This document shows, piece by piece, positions 1 to 13,868 of a stretch of 64,000 nt of DNA. The notes beneath the pieces are model-generated. The model was given only the letters and a program-made list of their open reading frames with translations, had not been told where the DNA came from and ran no database searches. The DNA is from Haplodiscus bocki (Eukaryota), in NCBI GenBank assembly GCA_965655095.1, contig OZ296651.1, positions 117,490,001 to 117,554,000 of the forward strand, given 5' to 3'. Position 1 is the first letter of the stretch. The number at the start of each line of letters is the position of its first letter. The position numbers were made by a program, and so were the translations under genes.

Positions 1-2017
1 TGGTGTCGGAAGATCAGTGAATCTTTCTAAAAGCAATATCAAGGCGTGTTAAGAGGTTTGAGTTGGTTTATTGGCGCAAAAACAGAGAAAATTACTTTTT
101 GGACGCTGTCGCATGTATTATTTGATAACGTTGACAGAAGTTTTTGAAAGATAAATTACGTTAGTTTTGTTAATAATTTGCATCAAGTAGAGCAAAGCAG
201 TGTATTTTTGTGCTACTAAATTGAGAGTAAAATGGAACCTTGGATAGAAACAAAATTTGAGTCTTCGAACAAAATGATCTCTCAATATCGTTGTGTCTAA
301 CCACATTAGAATTGAAAAAATGTGTTTTGCTTTACCAGTGTTTGTTAAATCCAAGCGGTGATGATCGGGTGTCACTTGTGTCAAATTGTTAAAAACCAGA
401 TCATCTGTCTCAAAAAGTAGCCTTGTTGTCGTTGTTTTCGGAAAAGACCGAGTTTTTCATTAGTGAATGCGAATTTTGGTACGAGGCCGTCTGTTGAAAA
501 GATGAAATCAAAGCTTATCAATCTCGAAGTTTTTCATTGGCAATTGAAACCTTTTGGGAGATCTATATGTAGTAGTGCATTGCTCTATTGTTCCTATGGC
601 AGCTAATATTTGAAAAAGTCCATCTTTTTTCTTTGATTATGTTTAGACAGTCTCTTGAAATCTGGAAAAAATCAGTTGATGGAATCCTTCATTCTTTTTC
701 CATGAACGATCTGATAAAAAATAGCCCCCAGACGTCAACCAACTCTACATTACACTTTCAGCTCAGTTTCCACGACACATTGGAAACTCTTAGAGTCGGA
801 AACACCCTTTGGTCATTTATGGCCGTGTCAAAAGTTATTGCAGAATTGAAATTCTAATATTTCTTGCGGAAATAATAATTGGGTTCCTTATTCCTGCGGA
901 TCACATCTACGGCGTTCTTTTGTTTCAAAAACTGGGCCCCTTCAATGGATTAATATTTGCACCCTAAACGACAGTTTACCACAAAACCATGGCGGTTCAC
1001 TATCACTATAGATGTCTTAAATTTACGCTATGCGGTATTGTCATCGTCAAATGCAGTTCTCACAATGAATTCATGAAAGTAAAGAAATAATCATTGAACT
1101 TCATCCATTCAAAATTTAACCGCAACGGATGAACGGCTGAGCAACAGAATCGCCTCCTCTGCGTATAAACCTGTATAGATTCGTTTTTCCGAAATCTTTT
1201 GGCACGGAAAAGTTTTTTGAGCAGTGAAGGAAACGTTAGATATATAAATGCTCAGTTTCTTGCGTGTAATTGATTAAAACTTTGAATCAAATTGTGCACT
1301 ATAAAAACAATTGTTTTTATGGGCAATGCAAGTGCAACTTATATTTTGCTCGGACTCATTTCTTCGGGCAATTAACTTTTTTGTTTCACGGCGTCAGTGC
1401 AATGGGATGATTTTCCGATCGATTAAAACTCAAATTTTTTGCTTATTTTTATTCAGCCGAACAATGTCTTTGGTTGAACTTTCCAATTACAGCTCTCACT
1501 AATTGTTGATTTCATCCAATTAGAGGAATAGACAGAAGAGTTGTAGATCAGGCAACTGATCTTAACGTGTTTCCATCAGTTATGAGACTTTTGATAAGTT
1601 CTTACCAGTGCAAGAGGTACAGATTTCGCGACTGAGGCGACGGCGTTCTTTTCGAACAAATGCTACTGGTGTTAATGTAGACAATGACTTTCTTTTGAGA
1701 AAGGCTAATAAACTTCCCAAACTTTAGCCCTTCAAGTTAGCGTTCGCTCGCTATGAAATCAAAAAAATTTTTTATGCGATTAAACGTCTCAAGTTTTTCA
1801 TAAAACATGGATTCGCGGAGAAGCTGTTTTTGTCTGGATTGTTGATGAATGTTTCCTGGATGCTTGTTACAAGATGACGACTGGAAAAACTTGCTATCGA
1901 ATTTTGTAAGAATATCAAAAACGTGTAGAAATAATTGAATGGAAAGCAAAGTTTTCCAGCTTTGTTTGCAATTCTTTCACTAAGTTAAATGCTTTAATGC
2001 AGCTTTTGTCGCCCAGA

Positions 2018-2985
2018 GCGACAAAAGCTGCCCTCTCTACTCCGTATTGCCTTGTTTTCCTTTTCCCGCTGCATCGCTTGCTAATAATTTACACTGTGAA
2101 GCTTTAAACATTCTGTTAACATGAGTAAGTTTATCTGATGTATCTTAGCGGTCGTCCATTTTTCATGTTGGTTTTCACGCTGTTCTCCAATGCATCACCA
2201 CCTGAAAATATAGCAGTTCCCAATTTTGTCTTGTGGGGAAAAAGCTTGGCACTTTCGCAATATATAGCTTCATGTCCTCTGAACTACACCACGAAGTCTT
2301 CTCCACTTTGTTCCATGATTGTTCATCAAAATTGTAAAAATTGAGATCCATAAAAAAATGTTCACGATGTTTACGTGTTTAACAGGGAACTGTAGTATCA
2401 TTCTGAAAACAAAATGGATGAAATGATCAGGAACGGGCTTCAGAAAGCGCGTACTTCTTTGTACCGTGTCGGATTACACTTTTGTTCAAGCAAAATCACA
2501 AAATAACAGCATTTACAGATTACATTTTGATCTACCTACTGAGTTTTCATACCAATGGGAGAACGCGCGACAAAAGCTGCCCGCTCTATTCTGTATAGTC
2601 TTGTTTTCCTTTCACTGCTGCAACGCTTGGTACTGATTCACACTCTGAAACGTGAAACGATGAGTTGATATGAAGGGAATTTTGTGATGGCTTTTAGCGG
2701 TCGTCCATATTTTACGTTTGATTTCACGCTGTTCTTCAATGCATCACCTCCTGAAATTGTAGCAGCCCCTAAGTTTAACTTTTGTGGGAAAGGCCTGCTA
2801 CTTTCTCTTTGAAAGGCTCCATGTTCTTTGAAATACAACATTACGGTGCATTTTCAATGTCGCATGAAAACTTGTCCGATTTATAAAATTTCAGATGCGG
2901 AAAAATTTTTGTTGATGATATTTACGTGTTTAACAGGGAACTGTCGTAATGTTCTGAAACAATTGCATGAATTGATCAGGATGGA
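2018..2985. repeat. Diverged tandem duplication, period ~550 bp (2018-~2440 vs 2566-~2985)
   Basis: gcgacaaaagctgccc, ttagcggtcgtccat, caatgcatcacc.cctgaaa and tttacgtgtttaacagggaactgt each occur twice in the same order. Confidence 0.85.
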
Positions 2986-3104
2986 GCGTTTAGATTGCAT
3001 TGGTTGCTTTCAACAGAGTCGGAGTTCAGTTTCTCTTTAGCAAAGCAAAAAATAAAAGCAACAAGGAATTCTATTTTTATCAACCTAATGGAATTTTCTC
3101 TCAG

Positions 3105-3254
3105 TGGGAGCACGCAAACTTTTCAGACGCTCAATGAAATAAACGCCTGTCAAACTTCGGTGCAACACTGGAAAGTCAGTTGGCGCGCTGTCGCGCGCCG
3201 ATCGTCTCAACTAAAGCCCTATCCTTTAGGGGGGCGCACCCGTTGTCTAGGTGG
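3105..3254 (+). other. X-type right terminus: GC hairpin GGCGCGC-tgtc-GCGCGCC (3182-3199), second hairpin, then cacccgttgtCTAG-gtgg
   Basis: Near-identical to 16285-16432. A hairpin followed by CTRR is the established Helitron 3' signature. Confidence 0.75.
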
Positions 3255-3349
3255 GCGGGGGCCTTTCCCCCCTCTTATATTTGGGGCGACGGGTAGGGTC
3301 CTGTTGGCCCTCTTGTCGCTCATAGCTTACGCTTAAAAATCGTTTGACA

Positions 3350-3720
3350 AAAATCACGATCTCAGAGTTGGACCATACGATTCACCTCAAATTTTGCATG
3401 CGGCCACCAAATGATGATATAAGAAGAAGTCCCTGCTGACGTTTTTCGATTGAATCACTTTTTGTTGACCAAATTGACGATTTTTGGTCCCAAAATTGGT
3501 GTTTTTGCCCCTTTTTGACATTTTTTCGCTCATAACTTTTTGTGGGTGGCTCGGAGCGCTTCCGCACAGGACTGCAATATTGACGAGCGCTGTCTGGTGC
3601 GTGTGTAGAGGGGTCAGGTGTGGAAATTGGATGAAAAGTCTTGGAAAAATTGATGTTTTTTGTCGAATTTTTTGAATTTCGTTTTTGAGTCTCTGCCATT
3701 TTCGCTAAATTTTTTCAAAG
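3350..3720 (+). repeat. Conserved left subterminal block of unit A
   Basis: cgatctc...ccatacgatt...tcaaattttgcatg core is shared with 16539, 33518, 51552 and 53673. Confidence 0.7.
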
Positions 3721-4862
3721 TGACACTCACAGGGGGCAACCCCTGCCCAAATTTCCTCCCGCCAATTCCATTTGGCATGTTTGCAAGCATTTTTCATTTC
3801 GCAGGTACTTTGAAAAAGTTTTTGTCAATGAATAAATTATCACTGTATACATTGATCGAAGTTTTGTAATGGTTGAGAATGCGTTGCAGATCACCCATAT
3901 TGGTGTCAGGAGATAAGTGGGTCTTTCTGAAAGCAAAATCACGGCATGTTAGGAGGTTCGAGTTGGTTTATGGGTGAAACAACAGAAAAAATTACCTTTT
4001 TTTGCCAGTGTCACATGTTATATTTGATAAGGTTGACCGAAGTTTTAAAAAATTAGGTTACGTTACTTTTGTTAATAATTTGAATCAAATAGGGGAATTG
4101 GTGTAATTTTTGCTACCACATTGAATTAACCATGAAGTTTTAGAGGACAACAATATATTTTTTTCAGGTACGCTGAGCTATTGGACATCAGTCAATTGGA
4201 AAGAATCTTCAGTTTGTGAGACTATTTCTCCCATATTCCTAAACGAGCTCCAATCTTCTGGAGATCAACTGACAACTCTTTGTCTAGTGTTAATCGTTGC
4301 CTCAGGACATCAAAATCAAGTAGAACCAGTAAGAGAAGCGCTTGCAATTTTTTTTCAAAAACACGGATGTCTATAATTTAACATCCTAATTACCAAATTG
4401 TGTTAGGTGGCTGATACACTTGAGAGACCTTTCCTTGGCGAAGAACAACGACTTGACAATCACTCCAATAGATCTTTCCGAAAGAAAAATTATATTCCAC
4501 ACGTTTACATAAGTGCAGCGTTGATTGCCCCTGTATTTGTTTTAAAAAATTTTTCAAAGAAAAGTTCCAATGAAACCAAATTTTTTGTTTATTTATACCA
4601 CAAAAATTCAATTAGCCGAAGTTCCCATTAAGAGAGATCCGAAAAATTTTTCAGTGTAGAATATGACTTCTATGAACTGTACATGACTGTCGGAAGAATT
4701 TGACGTCATTGTTTTCAAGTTCAATTTCGGAAACGTCTAAAGGAATAAAAGTAAGTCCGAAACCTATTTTTGTCCGAGAAAACGCGTTAGTATTATGAAC
4801 ATCAGTGCTTTTTTGAGTAGGGCTCTGAAGATAACCTATCAATTGGCAAGACCATTGCCAAA

Positions 4863-7800
4863 ATGGTGAAGAAAAAGAGTCATACCACAAACAGGAAACG
4901 TAATGCCCGTGGACGATTCACGGGTAATCATGTTGACCCGAATGCGGAAACTGACGAAACTGATAATCGGGAACAACAAGTACCTGAGCAAAGTAGAAAC
5001 GATAACTTTTCGGGCTGTCAGGATGAGGCGCCTGTCGCAAGTCTTCAACCACAACGCGGCAAATGGGTTGACTCTACATCCAGTCACAGCTGGGAAACAC
5101 TCAGTGAGTTGGATGAGACTTTATTGTGTGATACTAGTAAATTAACTGCGAATTCTTTTGTTCACAATCCGTTGAGGTGCGAAAAGTGTCTCCGGGAGAC
5201 CACTGAGCAAATACCTCTCAATTTTTACCAAGTTGAACTAACTAGTAACAGCCGATCAAAGAAGTTTGGTGTACCCGTCGGAAATAGAAATTGTATAAAT
5301 GTCTGTAACGATTGCCGAGATTACATGTTACATTCCAGTCGAACTTTGAAATGGAGTTTTGCATGGGCTGCTGTTTTCTGTACCTTGTTGTTCTATGGGG
5401 CTACCTTTGAATGTAATGGTGAGTACTTCTACAATCTTTTGCCCACATCAGTTGCATTTTCTTGGTTGTCCGCTGCAATGGAAGCTAATTACAACATTGA
5501 CACCAAAATACCTTTATTCAATGATTTTTCAGCCATTCAGTCCGCATTCGCTAAATTAGTCGACGAAAAGAAAGCGACAAACTTACGCTACCAGTTCAAT
5601 TTTTTTAGCTTCCCTTTTGTTAAGTGCCCAGCTGGTTGTAATGTTCTGATTACCAACACTCGTTCAATAGATTTTTCTCACCTTTTGGCGAAGCTTTTTC
5701 CAAAACTCAAGCAAAGTAGCGGGAAGGCTCGATTTCTTACAGGAATGAGATCAGACTTTTTGAAATCAGTTCTTCATTTGGGCACTTTCATTTCATCTCC
5801 CTGCTTGAGCATCAATGAAAAAGGACTGCAGTTAGTCACCTGTTCCTTACATCTGAAAACATTGGTCAAAAAATTCATTCACCCAGCCACATCACCTTTA
5901 GGATCACTTTTGCATCCTCAATCTGATCGCTTCGCCCCAATTGCAACTAAACTTCGCTCTGGAACACCTTGCAAAATAGGAAATTTCTCAAACACATTCA
6001 CAATGGCAACTTCAATTGGAGGCTGTGGAGGCATAAGTTCTGTACAGCTCACAAAAAAACGGAATTTGAACGTGAAAAGTTCAATGCTGTTGCCTTCTTC
6101 GGAAACCCTAGTTGCCAACAACCGAATTGATGTTAGAAATCTTTTACGCAGATTAGTGGATCTTAGAGACATTGATGAGGATTTTTTTGAATTCATTCTT
6201 GAAGGTGAGTTTAATGTGGGTACTGAGGTTTTGGAAAAACACCTGTCTTCCTCTACACAAATGACACTTTTTTCGATGCTTTCAGTTGACAAAATCCTTA
6301 AAGAATCTGTTTGCAGCCGCTTGGTTGTACCTCCTAGTCTCACCATATGTCACAACACGATTTGCTTTGGCGCACCGCCTGTAATTCCCGCTTTTAAAAT
6401 TGGTAGAAATTTACCTCTCTGGATTACCACACTGTGGAATGTCAATTTTGAGTTTTTTGTGCATGTTCTTGCACATCATTGTAAAGATCAGGAAAGTTAT
6501 ATCAACTTCCTGAATGGTCAAATTTCGAGAAGCTCCACTTCAGTTGATGTGGGATTCACTGCTTTGAGGCGTGCTCTGGACATTACAACATCTGATGCAC
6601 AGACTCTGGGCGAGCTTGATTTCCTTCAGTTTCTTTTGCAAAAAATGCCTCACACTGAAAGTGTTCTTTTACAAAGGAGGTCGTCCATAGACAATATAAG
6701 GGACCAGGAAGCAGATGCATCAGTTTCCTGTTCTCAGGCTAAAGCGTTGGTCTTGTTGTGCCCTCAACCACCATCCCGTCCCCAATACTTCCCTTTAAAC
6801 TTCTCTGCGTACGGAAATTCGTATCAATTGGTTTCTCTTATTTGCAACAATGAACTGGCTTTCATGCGTTACGGTGGACCATTTGTGGGTTGGTGGCAAC
6901 TGAATCCCAAACAGAAACTTATGTACAAGGCTGACAATCCCATGCAAAATGAGAAAGTAGTAAAATCTTGGAAAATTTTGCTTTTTCTCAGCGCCTACCA
7001 AGATGAATTGACGAAGGATGCCAAAACTCTCTTTTTTTCTGGTCAGGACTCAATTTATTGTGAAGAGCACGACAAACCGTTGTCGGTGGACTACGTCGCT
7101 TCTGCCTACAAATGCAGTATCGAGAAATGCAAACGGAAAGCTAAATGGAGATGTCCTGTAGACTTTTGTTTTAGCTGTTGTTGTGAGGCGCACTTCAAAG
7201 AATTTAAGCAGAGCTTGGAGCGCAGGTATATTGTACCAATTGAACCCAACTATGATGATGTTCCGGATTTCAGTTTTCCATTGGACACTGACTCTACGCA
7301 AATGACTTCAGAATCGGAAAACAGTGAGGAAGAATACGAATATCATGGATTAAATGAGACCGGGCTCTTCCATGAGCCTCTACTGGAAACAGAGTCAACG
7401 CCATACCAAACATTAGTAGCCGAAAACTGCCACGAGGCAGTTCCACTTCATGTCTTGTTGAATCAAGCGCTTCAAGTTTTCAAAAGGGCTCAGAAACCCA
7501 AATCGTTGTCAAGGAAATTTTTGCGTTTCTTTCAAAACTTCTCAGCATCTAATCCTAATGATGTAGTTTCACTCCTTCAAGCCGAGGCCCTTTTAGCACC
7601 CAGCATTTTCTATAAACAATTCGACGACGGAAGTTTTTGTGGTGCCCTACCCTACTTTATGATGAATGATGATATTTTTAACAACAAGTTGAATTTTGCA
7701 AGCTTTTACGACCACCTCGTAGCCAGAATTACCAACCTCGAATTACCAGTTTCGTCGAACATAAAATACTTATTCTTCTTAACAGATGTATTGTTGAATA

Positions 7801-10800
7801 TTAGCCTCCATAAAACTGTATCTACAAAATTTTTTAAACGAGGAGTTCAGAACATAGAAATACGGGGCCAAAAAATGGAATGTCTAAACATCAACAGCTT
7901 CAAATATAGTTTAGTTGACTCGGAAAGAAACGTGAAAGAATTGTCCGGAGCGATGCAGTTTGAGACACCCAAAGTTTTTTTAACACTTACTTTAAATCAA
8001 AAGGAACATTTTGGTGTAGCACCTATAGTGGAAGCAATCGAAAAAAAGTTCCCAGATCGAACGTCTGAATGCTATAGAGCAGCAATGCAGTCCTATATGC
8101 CTTTACTTCTTCAAGTTTGGAACCTCACAGCCAGCCATTTACTCCATTATTTGATTGAATCACCAGAGAAGCTGCTAGGAGAAGTGAGTAACGTTTGGGG
8201 TCGCTCTGAATTTCAGTCATCTGCGGGAAACTTTCCACATTACCATTTCTTATTTTGGTTGAAAACTACTATCGATGACCTGACAAATGTAGTAGCTTCC
8301 ACGAAAAAACATCTTTTTGACGTTTTAAAAAAAGTGTTTCATTCAAACCTGGGTGTTATCAAAAGCATCAATGACTTGAACGACTTGTTTGACAAATTTG
8401 TAACAATCCAAACACACGACTGTGATAAGGGCAACCGGCGTTGTTTCAAAAAACGGGACTCTGAAGGCAATCTTATTTGTCGGTTCCCTCCGTACACACC
8501 TTCCAATTTTATTTGGTTAAAAGAGATACCTCAAATTTTTTCCCCAGAAGCTGCTGTGGTTCTGAAAAAAATGGGTTTCATCTTGAACTTGACAGATGAT
8601 TGTGAGGTAGTTGCACCAGAAATGCAATGTTATAAGTACTCATAAGCAGCGTCAAAGGGCGATCACATAATGCCGAATTCACCTGCACTTTTTGCTTTAA
8701 CCTTGTCAAGCGGAAACGTTCTTTTCATCACATCACTTTTCAGTTCCAAGTATCTGAACAAATACGCAGCTGGTAAGGAGGAGCACTCAGAAGTTTTCAT
8801 CAAATCAGCAAAAAGTAGCAACACAATCGAGTTACAATCCCAAGGGATTCAAAATCGAAAAATTACAGGTGTTGAAATAAAATTACAGGAGGAACGTCGA
8901 ACGAAGAGATCTGTGAGTGGCATAAGTGGACTTACGGTTTCGCAAACTGAGTTTCTATGGTGGAGCTTGAAACTGCCTTCAATAATAACTACATTCGACT
9001 TCATACATGTTTCATCTGTTCCATTGGAGTACAGACGTGCGCAATTAATTGAACTGAAAAACGTAAATTTTATAGTTGAGGACCTACTGAATGTGAGAGA
9101 AAAGCTCCATCTTCCGAGTTTTGCATTTTTCACTTCCAATCAAAAACACTTAATAGCAGATAACGCGGCGTCAATTTTGAGCTGTGATAATACTATTGCT
9201 TTTTCCTTGCGACCTCCGGAGCTTTTGTGTATAGACACAATGAAACTCTTCTATTCAAGTTTTGTTAAAGGACGTACTTTCCGGAACATAGTAAGTCTGA
9301 AATTGGAATTGCTTAAAAAGCCTCGTCCTTGGATTGATGGGCGAAACGCCCTGATCCAGCTTCGGCCTGCAGCGGTAAACACAGTTAAATGTTTTCTTCA
9401 GGATAAGATCAATCAGAGGCTGTTCAATCACCGTGAAGTTAACTTACTATACGTAATTAACCATTTGAATGACCAGAACTTCAAGGAAACCTATGTTTCA
9501 CAAAATGCAAAACTATCGAAGACACCGGCGATTGTAGTTTTTTCTCAAGTGTTTCCCAGGAGTGCTTTGAAGTTTCTCCTGCATCTTTTGTATTCTATGG
9601 GTAGCTTCCACACTGAATTTGAACTTTTTTCGTCAACATCGCTCCGTCAGTGTTTTATCGGAGCCAAAATTTTACCAGAAGGTGCATGTCAAGAGGTTCA
9701 TGCACTAGATTTACTGAAACGATACGTAAAGGAACAACTCATTTTCTTACCAGGGGGCAATATATCGTTCTCCAACCGTCTTGTAGCAGCATTTGACGCC
9801 ATTGTGAGTATGACTGTTCACGATAACATTTGTTCGGCTCCTTTTCCGTGTATTTTGATGCAGAATCTAACAGAAAAAACTGAAGAAATGATTTACTCCA
9901 AGCTTGAAGAAACAAAAGAGCAAATTTTCCAGCAACTGAAACCTGCAAATGTCACCAACGTGCCTACAGTAATCAACAAGAACCCAGCGGTCTGTTGGAT
10001 ACCCCAGCTGATCCAACTGCCGCAACAAAGCAGCCGCTCTTATCATGAACAATGTTGCGTTCTGGATGCTATCATTCAGACAATTTTGAAATACGTTAGT
10101 CGTGGAACACAATGTACTGTCAGGCACCAATTAGTTCTAGGGAAGCCCGGCTCCGGAAAGAGTCATGTTTGTTCAATAGGTCTTCTTTTTGCACTCAACA
10201 ACGGCCTCAACTGCTACGTCACCAGTTTAGCAGCAAGGCGATCATCACATTTCAGCTGCGACCACATTCATCGTCTGTTCTGCATCGGTATTAATTCAAA
10301 AGATGACGCGTCTTCAGCTGCTGAGAAAGCGGTGAAAAAAATCAGCGAGAAGCCTTTGAAAAGAGCTGTTTTACTTTCCTTAGACGTTTTGCTAATAGAA
10401 GAGATTGGACTGATAAGTTCGGAATTGTTGGCGACAATCGATATTGTCCTTCAACAGGTTCGAGACTCACCAAAATCGTTCGGCGGTGTTCTGATTCTTG
10501 CTAACGGGGACACGAACCAGTTGCCTTCAATAACTGGCTCTGATGTCTTTATGAGTCCAAATCTGCTATTTTCTTTCGACTGCCACTTTTTGAAGTTTTT
10601 CGTTCGTATGCACGACATTCTAGGACAACATATTCTTGATTGCATGTCCTTGAAACCAATATTAACAGACGATATACAAAACATAGTTGAAGTGTTGTCA
10701 CGTGAATGCTCATTTGTTGATACCTGGGACGAAGTGACAGACTCCACTGTCATGAAAGTGTTTGGGAAAAAAGAAGCTGAGCGTCTGGCGGTCTCTGAGT

Positions 10801-11987
10801 ATCAAAGTAAAATAGCACGCCAAGGACAGCCATTTGTAGAATTTATTGCAGAAGACGAAATGTGTCCGCAGTATGCTAATACTTGGAAAACCGCCACACC
10901 AGATGTGCAAAAATACCTCGACAACGAATGCAGAGAACCACGAAAGCTCGTTTTGCACGAAAACTGTGTCTTGAAACTGACAGTAAATCTAGAACAGTTG
11001 TCACAAGGGCAGTTGTGTATCTTAGCTCGAATGCCTAATCCTTCTGATAGTTCAATTTTGATTTATGTTGCTCCCACTGTAGAAGCGTTTTCACAAGAGA
11101 ATCTGATTCGTGATCGTTTGTTTACACGCTGGCCAACAAAAAGAGTACCGAAGGTCACTGGTTTCACTCATGGAATGGGCAATGTTTCTGTGCGGCGCAG
11201 ACAGTTGCCTTTCGTGAATTATGTGTCTGGAACATGTCACAAACTAATGGGCGACACATTCTCCAAAATTGCCACACAAGTGTCTGTCACTGAAAGAAAG
11301 TACAACCTCTGGATAGCGTCGCAGCTTTATGTGATACTTAGTCGTGTTCACAAGTTGAAAAACGTCACTTTCGTCGGCGAAAAGTTAGTTCATGTGTGAA
11401 AACTACGATTTTGTGTAAAAAAACCTCAAGGTTCCAGTCTCTAAAACAATTTTATCTTTCAAAACAGGGAAGAATCGTTGGCGGCCATACGAACGATTTT
11501 GAGTCGAACGACAAAGCATGAAATACAAGTACAAAACAGGTTCCGGCTTCTACAGCAATATCGCGCTGTGGAAGGGTTTCCAATTGTCATTCCCGAACTG
11601 CTAATGACCCCCGTCAGGGTGGATATTCCAGTCGTTCTAAATGGATTTGTCTACCTTCTTGTTAGTCTGCGTGACAAATCATACCAAACGTGTTTTGTGG
11701 GAGAAACAAAAAGAAACTTGTTGGAAGAGTTGGGGGAGCACAATGCCGGAGGTAACACGTTTTTGACGTCGAAGCCACATTTTCGGCCGTGGTCACTGGC
11801 TGCCTTCGTTACAAATTTTTCATGTGACGAGGACAGATTTAATTTGAAAGCAGAGATGGAAACTAGTAATTTTCTGAAACTCCGCATCGACACGATGATG
11901 GATCACCTTCAAAATCTGTGTCGCTCTGGAAATTTCGGCAGTAACAATTTCTTCAAATGTGGAAATTTGATTCACATACCACAGTGA
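4863..11987 (+). pseudogene. RepHel (HUH Rep + PIF1-like helicase) with C-terminal GIY-YIG exon; one in-frame TAA (8643-8645) and one intron (11384-11467)
   Basis: Rep motifs VFLTLT, EFQ...PHYH and YLNKY. Helicase motifs GKPGSGKS, LLIEEIG, GDTNQLP and QLYVILSRV. ORFs 4863-8645 and 8670-11399 are in the same frame, and the stop aligns with Tyr of KHHY in B/C. 11478-11987 has GFVYLL...FVGET...EHN...RPW. Confidence 0.9.
11384..11467 (+). other. Predicted 84-nt phase-2 spliceosomal intron between helicase and GIY-YIG
   Basis: GTTAGT donor and aacAG acceptor. Splicing gives FVGEKEESLAAI, collinear with FVGTREANKKAI in the intronless unit C. Confidence 0.8.
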
Positions 11988-12399
11988 AAGTTGCTAAATT
12001 TGACTTTGTGTAAAATTCGTAAGTATAATCGAAAGTAAAATTTAAAAAGCGACTGATGTTTATTGGCTGTATCTCACTATTCGGAAAATGTTAATTTAGA
12101 AATTTACGCGATACTTTGACATTTGAGTCGTTAACAAGCAAGTGCCATAAGCGATGAAAGACGTCTTTTAAAATTCTTCAATGATCCGCCGTATTCTGTT
12201 TGTCACTAAAAAAGTCTCTCGGTTGTTGCAGTAAAATTATGTAAAGTCTGAATATCGATTGTATTTCCTGAAAGTTTGCTTCCATTCTCTTGGAGTTCAT
12301 TTTTGTAATAAAATTACGTTATTTATACTTTCTAAAAGTTGTTTTGGTGAAGTTGTGAGCTTCCCCGTGGCTTCATTTTCAGTTTCCATTTTGCGTTCC

Positions 12400-13419
12400 A
12401 TGTCGACTATTTCAGTGGCAATGAACGCTGGGTATATGAAAATTGAGAAACCCTTGAATGAACTGCTTCATCAAGTACAACTGAAGTTTTCAGAATTGCC
12501 ATTCAAAGATTTGATATCAGATGAACGACCGCTTCCGACTAGATAAAAACTAAAATGTGTGTTTTTGTATTGTTGCCCAGCAACAAAGAAAATCAACATA
12601 TACAAGCCACAAAAAGGGGCCTTTAAGATCCGCCATCAGGAAGTAGCCAAGTACGATAGATTCGTCATTCTAGGAGTAGAGGGCACTCAACACGTTCTTC
12701 TTTGCTTCACTAGCAATGGCGATGAAACAAAGAGGTTCCTAAATTACAAAGATGTGTTAATGCCAGGAACCGCCGTTTGGCTAATTAGCCCCAAGGTTGT
12801 TGGGTATTTGAAAAATACTCAGACACCGTTAATATCAACCGGTGATCCTATACTTCCATGTGAAAGGGGAGCTGTACTAAGGAACCCACCGTGCGATGTT
12901 GGAAATCCCAGCTACGTCTTCTTTGATTTTGAAGCCACAAACTTACGTATTCAACAGGCTGTCCCCAAAGACAACGTTTGCCAGGGAAAACTCTGTGACG
13001 CTCAAGGAGATCCGAATGCATGCCCCTGCATTTCGGCTCAGTCTGGGAAGCACTGGGCTTTGACTGTGACCTTCACTTGTGACCAGCTTTCTGAAAATGT
13101 CACTGGTGAAAAATATGTTACAGTTACATCAAACCAATTGACTAAAACATTTATTCACCTTGATAAACGTTCTGAAAAACTCGTCGATGACAATTTGGAC
13201 CCCTATGACATGGAAGATGCGGTGATAGCTTTAGCCAATTCCATTGATGCTTCACAGAAGTTCCGCGTGATTGGTTGGTTCAAGCCAGCACAAGATGATG
13301 AGGGTGTAGCTTCTGGACACTTCTCCTATCACGTTTGTTCGCTGTTTCCCAAGTCGCCATTAACAACTGCTCAATCTTTGCTTTTATACGGTGCCCCGCA
13401 ACCGGTAACACAAAATTGA
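12400..13419 (+). pseudogene. Accessory ORF2 (~339 aa, putative OB-fold/Zn protein) with in-frame TAA at 12544-12546
   Basis: ATG 12400 is in frame with ORF 12559-13419. Homologous to 54889-55920: YDRFVILG/YDRLIIIG, CQGKLCD..CPC/CSGFLCD..CAC, FRVIGWFK/WRVSGFYK. Confidence 0.75.
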
Positions 13420-13830
13420 GGAATGTCTGTAATCTCAGCCTCAACCCTGCAAATTACAGTCGTATTGAGGAAGCAAGAATCAAGTAATTGCAAAACAAAA
13501 CGTAATTCATGAGGACTATTCCGATTCGTTGAATTCAAAAACATCTTTGTAGTTGTTGGAAAACACTGTTATAGTTGTTGAAGAAAACTGTTACCGTTGT
13601 ATTATCGTCACTTGTTACAAAAACCATTATCAGCTTGATGATAAGTAAATTTGAAGAAACAATGCATCAAAATGCGATTACAATTATATATCATTACTGT
13701 TGAACCCTTAACAGAACTTGTACAAATGAGCAACACTTTTTTACCACTTCTTCTTTTGTGAGTTTTCAAAACACTACAACACAAGGACTGTTCAAAAGTA
13801 AAGTGGCTTTAAGAATTTAACGAAAAGTTG

Positions 13831-13868
13831 CAATGCTCTGGCTGCCAAAAAGGGCAGCCAGAGCATTG
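13831..13868. repeat. Perfect 16-bp inverted repeat with 6-nt loop
   Basis: caatgctctggctgcc-aaaaag-ggcagccagagcattg. Confidence 0.95.

Larger units (their letters stand above)
1..3254 (+). mobile_element. Unit 0: short, non-autonomous or degenerate relative of unit A (left end outside the window)
   Basis: 1-235 is visibly homologous to 3901-4135 in unit A, and 3105-3254 matches the right end of A (16285-16432). No RepHel ORF lies between them. Implied length is ~3.9 kb. Confidence 0.7.
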
